A stretch of DNA of 64,000 bases, from the NCBI GenBank assembly GCA_964016885.1, contig OZ024740.1:431458001-431522000 (forward strand). Reading direction: 5' to 3'. The DNA comes from Eledone cirrhosa (taxonomy: Eukaryota). Both the position numbers and the translations under genes were made by a program. The notes under the pieces are model-generated. The model was not told the DNA's origin, searched no databases, and worked only from the letters and a program-made list of their open reading frames with translations. Shown in pieces: positions 14,001 through 25,730 of this stretch (the first letter of the stretch is position 1; each line of letters starts with the position of its first letter).

Positions 14001-17000
14001 ACTCTGTTAAAGACATCCCAGGAGTAGGTTGTGGTGTTGAACTCTGTTAAAGACATCCCAGGAGTAGGTTGTGGTGTTGAACTCTGTTAAAGACTTCCCA
14101 GAAGTAGGTTGTTGTATTGAACTCTGTTAAAGTCATCCCAGAAGTAGGTTGTGGTGCTGAACTCTGTTATAGACATCCCAGAAGTAGGTTGTGGTGTTGA
14201 ACTCTGTTATAGACATCCCAGAAGTAGGTTGTGGTGTTGAACTCTGTTAAAGACATCCCAGAAGTAGGTTGTGGTATTGAACTCTGTTAAAGACATCTCA
14301 GGAGTAGGTTGTGGTGTTGAACTCTGTTAAAGACATTCGAGAGGTAGGTTGTGGTGTTGAACTCTGTTAAAGACATCCTAGAAGTAGGTTGTGGTGTTGA
14401 ACTCTGTTAAAGACATCCCAGGAGTAGGTTGTGGTCTTGAACTCCGTTAAAGACATCCCAGAAGTAGGTTGTGGTATTGAACTATGTTAAAGACATCCCA
14501 GGAGTAGGTTGTGGTATTGAACTCTATTAAAGACATCCTAGAAGTAGGTTGTGTTATTGAACTCTGTTAAAGACATCGCAGGAGTAGGTTGTGGTATTGA
14601 ACTCTGTTAAAGACATCCCATTAGTAGGTTGAGGTGTTGAACTCTGTTAAAGACATCCCAGAAGTAGGTTGTGGTGTTGAACTCTGTTAAAGACATCCCA
14701 GAAGTAGGTTGTGGAGTAGAACTCTGTTAAAGACATCCCAGGAGTAGGTTGTGGTGTTGAACACTGTTAAAGACATCCCAGGAGTAGGTTGTGGTATTGA
14801 ACTCTTTGAACGACATCCCAGGACCAGGTTGTGGTGTTGAACTCTGTTAAAGAGATCCCAGAAGTAGGTTGTGGTGTTGAACTCTGTTAAAGACATCCCA
14901 GGAGTAGGTTGTGGTGTTGAACTTTGTTAAAGAGATCCCAGCAGTAGGTTGTGGTGTTGAACTCTGTTAAAGACATCCCAGAAGTAGGTTGTGGTGTTGA
15001 ACTCTGTTAAAGACATCTCAGAAGTAGGTTGTGGTATTGAACTCTGTTAAAGACATCCCAGGAGTAGGTTGAGGTGTTGAACTCTGTTAAAGACATCCCA
15101 GGAGTAGGTTGTAGTATTGAACTCTGTTAAAGACATCCTAGGAGTAGGTTGTGGTGTTGAACTCTGTTAAAGACATCCCAGGAGTAGGTTGTGGTGTTGA
15201 ACTCTGTTAAAGACTTCCCAGAAGTAGGTTGTTGTATTGAACTCTGTTAAAGTCATCCCAGAAGTAGGTTGTGGTGCTGAACTCTGTTATAGACATCCCA
15301 GAAGTAGGTTGTGGTGTTGAACTCTGTTATAGACATCCCAGAAGTAGGTTGTGGTGTTGAACTCTGTTAAAGACATCCCAGAAGTAGGTTGTGGTATTGA
15401 ACTCTGTTAAAGTCATCCCAGGAGTAGGTTGTGGTGTTGAACTCTGTTAAAGACATCCCAGGAGTAGGTTGTGGTGTTGAACTCTGTTAAAGACTTCCCA
15501 GAAGTAGGTTGTTGTATTGAACTCTGTTAAAGACATCCCAGAAGTAGGTTGTGGTGCTGAACTCTGTTATAGACATCCCAGAAGTAGGTTGTGGTGTTGA
15601 ACTCTGTTATAGACATCTCAGAAGTAGGTTGTGGTGTTGAACTCTGTTAAAGACATCCCAGAAGTAGGTTGTGGTATTGAACTCTTATTATAGACATCCT
15701 ACGAGTAGGTTGTGGTGTTGAACTCTCTTAAAGACATCCCAGGAGTAGGTTGTGGTGTTGAACTCTGTTAAAGACATCCCAGGAGTAGGTTGTGGTATTG
15801 AACTCTATTAAAGACATCCTAGAAGTAGGTTGTGTTATTGAACTCTGTTAAAGACATCCCATTAGTAGGTTGTGGTGTTGAACTCTGTAAAAGACATCCC
15901 AGAAGTAGGTTGTGGTGTTGAACTCTGTTAAAGACATCCCAGAAGTAGGTTGTGGAGTAGAACTCTGTTAAAGACATCCTAGAAGTAGGTTGTGTTATTG
16001 AATTCTGTTAAAGACATCCCAGGAGTAGGTTGTGGTATTGAACTCTGTAAAAGACATCCAAGGAGTAGCTTGTGGTGTTGAACTCTGTTAAAGACATCCC
16101 AGAAGTAGGTTGTGGTATTGAACTCTGTTAAAGACATCTCAGGAGTAGGTTGTGGTGTTGAGCTCTGTTAAAGACATCCCAGGAGTAGGTTGTGGTATTG
16201 AACTCTTTGAACGACATCCCAGGACCAGGTTGTGGTGTTGAACTCTGTTAAAGAGATCCCAGAAGTAGGTTGTGGTGTTGAACTCTGTTAAAGACATCCC
16301 AGGAGTAGGTTGTGGTGTTGAACTTTGTTAAAGAGATCCCAGCAGTAGGTTGTGGTGTTGAACTCTGTTAAAGACATCCCAGAAGTAGGTTGTGGTGTTG
16401 AACTCTGTTAAAGACATCTCAGAAGTAGGTTGTGGTATTGAACTCTGTTAAAGACATCCCAGGAGTAGGTTGAGGTGTTGAACTCTGTTAAAGACATCCC
16501 AGGAGTAGGTTGTGGTGTTGAACTTTGTTAAAGAGATCCCAGCAGTAGGTTGTGGTGTTGAACTCTGTTAAAGACATCCCAGAAGTAGGTTGTGGTGTTG
16601 AACTCTGTTAAAGACATCTCAGAAGTAGGTTGTGGTATTGAACTCTGTTAAAGACATCCCAGGAGTAGGTTGAGGTGTTGAACTCTGTTAAAGACATCCC
16701 AGGAGTAGGTTGTAGTATTGAACTCTGTTAAAGACATCGCAGGAGTAGGTTGTGGTATTGAACTCTGTTAAAGACATCCCATTAGTAGGTTGTGGTGTTG
16801 AACTCTGTAAAAGACATCCCAGAAGTAGGTTGTGGTGTTGAACTCTGTTAAAGACATCCCAGAAGTAGTTTGTGGAGTAGAACTCTGTTAAAGACATCCT
16901 AGAAGTAGGTTGTGTTATTGAATTCTGTTAAAGACATCCCAGGAGTAGGTTGTGGTATTGAACTCTGTAAAAGACATCCAAGGAGTAGCTTGTGGTGTTG

Positions 17001-20000
17001 AACTCTGTTAAAGACATCCCAGAAGTAGGTTGTGGTATTGAACTCTGTTAAAGACATCTCAGGAGTAGGTTGTGGTGTTGAACTCTGTTAAAGACATCCC
17101 AGGAGTAGGTTGTGGTATTGAACTCTTTGAACGACATCCCAGGACCAGGTTGTGGTGTTGAACTCTGTTAAAGAGATCCCAGAAGTAGGTTGTGGTGTTG
17201 AACTCTGTTAAAGACATCCCAGGAGTAGGTTGTGGTGTTGAACTTTGTTAAAGAGATCCCAGCAGTAGGTTGTGGTGTTGAACTCTGTTAAAGACATCCC
17301 AGAAGTAGGTTGTGGTGTTGAACTCTGTTAAAGACATCTCAGAAGTAGGTTGTGGTATTGAACTCTGTTAAAGACATCCCAGGAGTAGGTTGAGGTGTTG
17401 AACTCTGTTAAAGACATCCCAGGAGTAGGTTGTAGTATTGAACTCTGTTAAAGACATCCCAGGAGTAGGTTGTGGTGTTGAACTCTGTTAAAGACATCCC
17501 AGGAGTAGGTTGTGGTGTTGAACTCTGTTAAAGACTTCCCAGAAGTAGGTTGTTGTATTGAACTCTGTTAAAGTCATCCCAGAAGTAGGTTGTGGTGCTG
17601 AACTCTGTTATAGACATCCCAGAAGTAGGTTGTGGTGTTGAACTCTGTTATAGACATCCCAGAAGTAGGTTGTGGTGTTGAACTCTGTTAAAGACATCCC
17701 AGAAGTAGGTTGTGGTATTGAACTCTGTTAAAGACATCTCAGGAGTAGGTTGTGGTGTTGAACTCTGTTAAAGACATTCGAGAGGTAGGTTGTGGTGTTG
17801 AACTCTGTTAAAGACATCCTAGAAGTAGGTTGTGGTGTTGAACTCTGTTAAAGACATCCCAGGAGTAGGTTGTGGTCTTGAACTCCGTTAAAGACATCCC
17901 AGAAGTAGGTTGTGGTATTGAACTATGTTAAAGACATCCCAGGAGTAGGTTGTGGTATTGAACTCTATTAAAGACATCCTAGAAGTAGGTTGTGTTATTG
18001 AACTCTGTTAAAGACATCGCAGGAGTAGGTTGTGGTATTGAACTCTGTTAAAGACATCCCATTAGTAGGTTGAGGTGTTGAACTCTGTTAAAGACATCCC
18101 AGAAGTAGGTTGTGGTGTTGAACTCTGTTAAAGACATCCCAGAAGTAGGTTGTGGAGTAGAACTCTGTTAAAGACATCCCAGGAGTAGGTTGTGGTGTTG
18201 AACACTGTTAAAGACATCCCAGGAGTAGGTTGTGGTATTGAACTCTTTGAACGACATCCCAGGACCAGGTTGTGGTGTTGAACTCTGTTAAAGAGATCCC
18301 AGAAGTAGGTTGTGGTGTTGAACTCTGTTAAAGACATCCCAGGAGTAGGTTGTGGTGTTGAACTTTGTTAAAGAGATCCCAGCAGTAGGTTGTGGTGTTG
18401 AACTCTGTTAAAGACATCCCAGAAGTAGGTTGTGGTGTTGAACTCTGTTAAAGACATCTCAGAAGTAGGTTGTGGTATTGAACTCTGTTAAAGACATCCC
18501 AGGAGTAGGTTGAGGTGTTGAACTCTGTTAAAGACATCCCAGGAGTAGGTTGTAGTATTGAACTCTGTTAAAGACATCCTAGGAGTAGGTTGTGGTGTTG
18601 AACTCTGTTAAAGACATCCCAGGAGTAGGTTGTGGTGTTGAACTCTGTTAAAGACTTCCCAGAAGTAGGTTGTTGTATTGAACTCTGTTAAAGTCATCCC
18701 AGAAGTAGGTTGTGGTGCTGAACTCTGTTATAGACATCCCAGAAGTAGGTTGTGGTGTTGAACTCTGTTATAGACATCCCAGAAGTAGGTTGTGGTGTTG
18801 AACTCTGTTAAAGACATCCCAGAAGTAGGTTGTGGTATTGAACTCTGTTAAAGTCATCCCAGGAGTAGGTTGTGGTGTTGAACTCTGTTAAAGACATCCC
18901 AGGAGTAGGTTGTGGTGTTGAACTCTGTTAAAGACTTCCCAGAAGTAGGTTGTTGTATTGAACTCTGTTAAAGACATCCCAGAAGTAGGTTGTGGTGCTG
19001 AACTCTGTTATAGACATCCCAGAAGTAGGTTGTGGTGTTGAACTCTGTTATAGACATCTCAGAAGTAGGTTGTGGTGTTGAACTCTGTTAAAGACATCCC
19101 AGAAGTAGGTTGTGGTATTGAACTCTTATTATAGACATCCTACGAGTAGGTTGTGGTGTTGAACTCTCTTAAAGACATCCCAGGAGTAGGTTGTGGTGTT
19201 GAACTCTGTTAAAGACATCCCAGGAGTAGGTTGTGGTATTGAACTCTATTAAAGACATCCTAGAAGTAGGTTGTGTTATTGAACTCTGTTAAAGACATCC
19301 CATTAGTAGGTTGTGGTGTTGAACTCTGTAAAAGACATCCCAGAAGTAGGTTGTGGTGTTGAACTCTGTTAAAGACATCCCAGAAGTAGGTTGTGGAGTA
19401 GAACTCTGTTAAAGACATCCTAGAAGTAGGTTGTGTTATTGAATTCTGTTAAAGACATCCCAGGAGTAGGTTGTGGTATTGAACTCTGTAAAAGACATCC
19501 AAGGAGTAGCTTGTGGTGTTGAACTCTGTTAAAGACATCCCAGAAGTAGGTTGTGGTATTGAACTCTGTTAAAGACATCTCAGGAGTAGGTTGTGGTGTT
19601 GAGCTCTGTTAAAGACATCCCAGGAGTAGGTTGTGGTATTGAACTCTTTGAACGACATCCCAGGACCAGGTTGTGGTGTTGAACTCTGTTAAAGAGATCC
19701 CAGAAGTAGGTTGTGGTGTTGAACTCTGTTAAAGACATCCCAGGAGTAGGTTGTGGTGTTGAACTTTGTTAAAGAGATCCCAGCAGTAGGTTGTGGTGTT
19801 GAACTCTGTTAAAGACATCCCAGAAGTAGGTTGTGGTGTTGAACTCTGTTAAAGACATCTCAGAAGTAGGTTGTGGTATTGAACTCTGTTAAAGACATCC
19901 CAGGAGTAGGTTGAGGTGTTGAACTCTGTTAAAGACATCCCAGGAGTAGGTTGTAGTATTGAACTCTGTTAAAGACATCCCAGGAGTAGGTTGTGGTGTT

Positions 20001-23000
20001 GAACTCTGTTAAAGACATCCCAGGAGTAGGTTGTGGTGTTGAACTCTGTTAAAGACTTCCCAGAAGTAGGTTGTTGTATTGAACTCTGTTAAAGTCATCC
20101 CAGAAGTAGGTTGTGGTGCTGAACTCTGTTATAGACATCCCAGAAGTAGGTTGTGGTGTTGAACTCTGTTATAGACATCCCAGAAGTAGGTTGTGGTGTT
20201 GAACTCTGTTAAAGACATCCCAGAAGTAGGTTGTGGTATTGAACTCTGTTAAAGACATCTCAGGAGTAGGTTGTGGTGTTGAACTCTGTTAAAGACATTC
20301 GAGAGGTAGGTTGTGGTGTTGAACTCTGTTAAAGACATCCTAGAAGTAGGTTGTGGTGTTGAACTCTGTTAAAGACATCCCAGGTGTAGGTTGTGGTCTT
20401 GAACTCCGTTAAAGACATCCCAGAAGTAGGTTGTGGTATTGAACTCTGTTAAAGACATCCCAGGAGTAGGTTGTGGTGTTGAACTCTGTTAAAGACATCC
20501 TAGAAGTAGGTTGTGGTGTTGAACTCTGTTAAAGACATCCTAGAAGTAGGTTGTGGTGTTGAACTCCGTTAAAGACATCCCAGAAGTAGGTTGTGGTATT
20601 GAACTCTGTTAAAGACATCTCAGGAGTAGGTTGTGGTGTTGAACTCTGTTAAAGACATCCCAAAAGTAGGTTGTGGTGTTGAACTCTGTTAAAGACATCC
20701 CAGAAGTAGTTTGTGGTGTTGAAGTCTGTTAAAGACATCCCATTAGTAGGTTGTGGTGTTGAACTCTGTTAAAGACATCTCAGAAGTAGGTCGTGGTATT
20801 GAACTCTTATTATAGACATCCTACGAGTAGGTTGTGGTGTTGAACTCTGTTAAAGACATCCCAGGAGTAGGTTGTGGTGTTGAACTCTGTTAAAGACATC
20901 CCAGGAGTAGGTTGTGGTATTGAACTCTATTAAAGACATCCTAGAAGTAGGTTGTGTTATTGTACTCTGTTAAAGACATCGCAGGAGTAGGTTGTGGTAT
21001 TGAACTCTGTTAAAGACATCCCATTAGTAGGTTGTGGTGTTGAACTCTGTTAAAGACATCCCAGAAGTAGGTTGTGGTGTTGAACTCTGTTAAAGACATC
21101 CCAGAAGTAGGTTGTGGAGTAGAACTCTGTTAAAGACATCCCAGGAGTAGGTTGTGGTGTTGAACTCTTTGAACGACATCCCAGGACCAGGTTGTGGTGT
21201 TGAACTCTGTTAAAGAGATCCCAGAAGTAGGTTGTGGTGTTGAACTCTGTTAAAGACATCCCAGGAGTAGGTTGTGGTGTTGAACTTTGTTAAAGAGATC
21301 CCAGCAGTAGGTTGTGGTGTTGAACTCTGTTAAAGACATCCCAGAAGTAGGTTGTGGTGTTGAACTCTGTTAAAGACATCTCAGAAGTAGGTTGTGGTAT
21401 TGAACTCTGTTAAAGACATCCCAGGTGTAGGTTGAGGTGTTGAACTCTGTTAAAGACATCCCAGGAGTAGGTTGTAGTATTGAACTCTGTTAAAGACATC
21501 GCAGGAGTAGGTTGTGGTATTGAACTCTGTTAAAGACATCCCATTAGTAGGTTGTGGTGTTGAACTCTGTAAAAGACATCCCAGAAGTAGGTTGTGGTGT
21601 TGAACTCTGTTAAAGACATCCCAGAAGTAGTTTGTGGAGTAGAACTCTGTTAAAGACATCCTAGAAGTAGGTTGTGTTATTGAATTCTGTTAAAGACATC
21701 CCAGGAGTAGGTTGTGGTATTGAACTCTGTAAAAGACATCCAAGGAGTAGCTTGTGGTGTTGAACTCTGTTAAAGACATCCCAGAAGTAGGTTGTGGTAT
21801 TGAACTCTGTTAAAGACATCTCAGGAGTAGGTTGTGGTGTTGAACTCTGTTAAAGACATCCCAGGAGTAGGTTGTGGTATTGAACTCTTTGAACGACATC
21901 CCAGGACCAGGTTGTGGTGTTGAACTCTGTTAAAGAGATCCCAGAAGTAGGTTGTGGTGTTGAACTCTGTTAAAGACATCCCAGGAGTAGGTTGTGGTGT
22001 TGAACTTTGTTAAAGAGATCCCAGCAGTAGGTTGTGGTGTTGAACTCTGTTAAAGACATCCCAGAAGTAGGTTGTGGTGTTGAACTCTGTTAAAGACATC
22101 TCAGAAGTAGGTTGTGGTATTGAACTCTGTTAAAGACATCCCAGGAGTAGGTTGAGGTGTTGAACTCTGTTAAAGACATCCCAGGAGTAGGTTGTAGTAT
22201 TGAACTCTGTTAAAGACATCCCAGGAGTAGGTTGTGGTGTTGAACTCTGTTAAAGACATCCCAGGAGTAGGTTGTGGTGTTGAACTCTGTTAAAGACTTC
22301 CCAGAAGTAGGTTGTTGTATTGAACTCTGTTAAAGTCATCCCAGAAGTAGGTTGTGGTGCTGAACTCTGTTATAGACATCCCAGAAGTAGGTTGTGGTGT
22401 TGAACTCTGTTAAAGACATCCCAGAAGTAGGTTGTGGTGTTGAACTCTGTTAAAGACATCCCAGAAGTAGGTTGTGGTATTGAACTCTGTTAAAGACATC
22501 TCAGGAGTAGGTTGTGGTGTTGAACTCTGTTAAAGACATTCGAGAGGTAGGTTGTGGTGTTGAACTCTGTTAAAGACATCCTAGAAGTAGGTTGTGGTGT
22601 TGAACTCTGTTAAAGACATCCCAGGAGTAGGTTGTGGTCTTGAACTCCGTTAAAGACATCCCAGAAGTAGGTTGTGGTATTGAACTATGTTAAAGACATC
22701 CCAGGAGTAGGTTGTGGTATTGAACTCTATTAAAGACATCCTAGAAGTAGGTTGTGTTATTGAACTCTGTTAAAGACATCGCAGGAGTAGGTTGTGGTAT
22801 TGAACTCTGTTAAAGACATCCCATTAGTAGGTTGAGGTGTTGAACTCTGTTAAAGACATCCCAGAAGTAGGTTGTGGTGTTGAACTCTGTTAAAGACATC
22901 CCAGAAGTAGGTTGTGGAGTAGAACTCTGTTAAAGACATCCCAGGAGTAGGTTGTGGTGTTGAACACTGTTAAAGACATCCCAGGAGTAGGTTGTGGTAT

Positions 23001-23900
23001 TGAACTCTTTGAACGACATCCCAGGACCAGGTTGTGGTGTTGAACTCTGTTAAAGAGATCCCAGAAGTAGGTTGTGGTGTTGAACTCTGTTAAAGACATC
23101 CCAGGAGTAGGTTGTGGTGTTGAACTTTGTTAAAGAGATCCCAGCAGTAGGTTGTGGTGTTGAACTCTGTTAAAGACATCCCAGAAGTAGGTTGTGGTGT
23201 TGAACTCTGTTAAAGACATCTCAGAAGTAGGTTGTGGTATTGAACTCTGTTAAAGACATCCCAGGAGTAGGTTGAGGTGTTGAACTCTGTTAAAGACATC
23301 CCAGGAGTAGGTTGTAGTATTGAACTCTGTTAAAGACATCCCAGGAGTAGGTTGTGGTGTTGAACTCTGTTAAAGACATCCCAGGAGTAGGTTGTGGTGT
23401 TGAACTCTGTTAAAGACTTCCCAGAAGTAGGTTGTTGTATTGAACTCTGTTAAAGTCATCCCAGAAGTAGGTTGTGGTGCTGAACTCTGTTATAGACATC
23501 CCAGAAGTAGGTTGTGGTGTTGAACTCTGTTATAGACATCCCAGAAGTAGGTTGTGGTGTTGAACTCTGTTAAAGACATCCCAGAAGTAGGTTGTGGTAT
23601 TGAACTCTGTTAAAGTCATCCCAGGAGTAGGTTGTGGTGTTGAACTCTGTTAAAGACATCCCAGGAGTAGGTTGTGGTGTTGAACTCTGTTAAAGACTTC
23701 CCAGAAGTAGGTTGTTGTATTGAACTCTGTTAAAGACATCCCAGAAGTAGGTTGTGGTGCTGAACTCTGTTATAGACATCCCAGAAGTAGGTTGTGGTGT
23801 TGAACTCTGTTATAGACATCTCAGAAGTAGGTTGTGGTGTTGAACTCTGTTAAAGACATCCCAGAAGTAGGTTGTGGTATTGAACTCTTATTATAGACAT
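11100..23900. repeat. Older duplication of about 4762 bp (119 monomers) that contains the 3441-bp duplication; boundaries approximate
   Basis: GAGCTC at 11398 and 16160 (offset 4762). ORF-track pairs 12847/21050, 13247/21450 and 14687/22890 are offset by 8203 = 4762 + 3441. Confidence 0.75.
13046..19927. repeat. Tandem segmental duplication, period 3441 bp (86 monomers); copies about 13046-16486 and 16487-19927
   Basis: ORF-track pairs 13247/16688 and 14687/18128 are offset by 3441. Shared rare variants include AACTATG, AACACTG, CCTAGGAG, CTCTCTTA and GAGCTC (16160/19601). Confidence 0.9.
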
Positions 23901-25730
23901 CCTACGAGTAGGTTGTGGTGTTGAACTCTGTTAAAGACATCCCAGGAGTAGGTTGTGGTGTTGAACTCTGTTAAAGACATCCCAGGAGTAGGTTGTGGTA
24001 TTGAACTCTATTAAAGACATCCTAGAAGTAGGTTGTGTTATTGAACTCTGTTAAAGACATCGCAGGAGTAGGTTGTGGTATTGAACTCTGTTAAAGACAT
24101 CCCATTAGTAGGTTGTGGTGTTGAACTCTGTTAAAGACATCCCAGAAGTAGGTTGTGGTGTTGAACTCTGTTAAAGACATCCCAGAAGTAGGTTGTGGAG
24201 TAGAACTCTGTTAAAGACATCCTAGAAGTAGGTTGTGTTATTGAATTCTGTTAAAGACATCCCAGGAGTAGGTTGTGGTATTGAACTCTGTAAAAGACAT
24301 CCAAGGAGTAGCTTGTGGTGTTGAACTCTGTTAAAGACATCCCAGAAGTAGGTTGTGGTATTGAACTCTGTTAAAGACATCCCAGGAGTAGGTTGTGGTA
24401 TTGAACTCTTTGAACGACATCCCAGGACCAGGTTGTGGTGTTGAACTCTGTTAAAGAGATCCCAGAAGTAGGTTGTGGTGTTGAACTCTGTTAAAGACAT
24501 CCCAGGAGTAGGTTGTGGTGTTGAACTTTGTTAAAGAGATCCCAGCAGTAGGTTGTGGTGTTGAACTCTGTTAAAGACATCCCAGAAGTAGGTTGTGGTG
24601 TTGAACTCTGTTAAAGACATCTCAGAAGTAGGTTGTGGTATTGAACTCTGTTAAAGACATCCCAGGAGTAGGTTGAGGTGTTGAACTCTGTTAAAGACAT
24701 CCCAGGAGTAGGTTGTAGTATTGAACTCTGTTAAAGACATCCCAGGAGTAGGTTGTGGTGTTGAACTCTGTTAAAGACATCCCAGGAGTAGGTTGTGGTG
24801 TTGAACTCTGTTAAAGACTTCCCAGAAGTAGGTTGTTGTATTGAACTCTGTTAAAGTCATCCCAGAAGTAGGTTGTGGTGCTGAACTCTGTTATAGACAT
24901 CCCAGAAGTAGGTTGTGGTGTTGAACTCTGTTATAGACATCCCAGAAGTAGGTTGTGGTGTTGAACTCTGTTAAAGACATCCCAGAAGTAGGTTGTGGTA
25001 TTGAACTCTGTTAAAGACATCTCAGGAGTAGGTTGTGGTGTTGAACTCTGTTAAAGACATTCGAGAGGTAGGTTGTGGTGTTGAATTCTGTTAAAGACAT
25101 CCCAGAAGTAGGTTGTGGTGTTGAACTCTGTTAAAGACATCCCAGGAGTAGGTTGTGGTCTTGAACTCCGTTAAAGACATCCCAGAAGTAGGTTGTGGTA
25201 TTGAACTCTGTTAAAGACATCCCAGGAGTAGGTTGTGGTGTTGAACTCTGTTAAAGACATCCTAGAAGTAGGTTGTGGTGTTGAACTCTGTTAAAGACAT
25301 CCTAGAAGTAGGTTGTGGTGTTGAACTCCGTTAAAGACATCCCAGAAGTAGGTTGTGGTATTGAACTCTGTTAAAGACATCTCAGGAGTAGGTTGTGGTG
25401 TTGAACTCTGTTAAAGACATCCCAAAAGTAGGTTGTGGTGTTGAACTCTGTTAAAGACATCCCAGAAGTAGTTTGTGGTGTTGAAGTCTGTTAAAGACAT
25501 CCCAGGCGTAGGTTGTGGTGTTGAACTCTGTTAAAGACATCTCAGAAGTAGGTCGTGGTATTGAACTCTTATTATAGACATCCTACGAGTAGGTTGTGGT
25601 GTTGAACTCTGTTAAAGACATCCCAGGAGTAGGTTGTGGTGTTGAACTCTGTTAAAGACATCCCAGGAGTAGGTTGTGGTATTGAACTCTATTAAAGACA
25701 TCCTAGAAGTAGGTTGTGTTATTGAATTCT

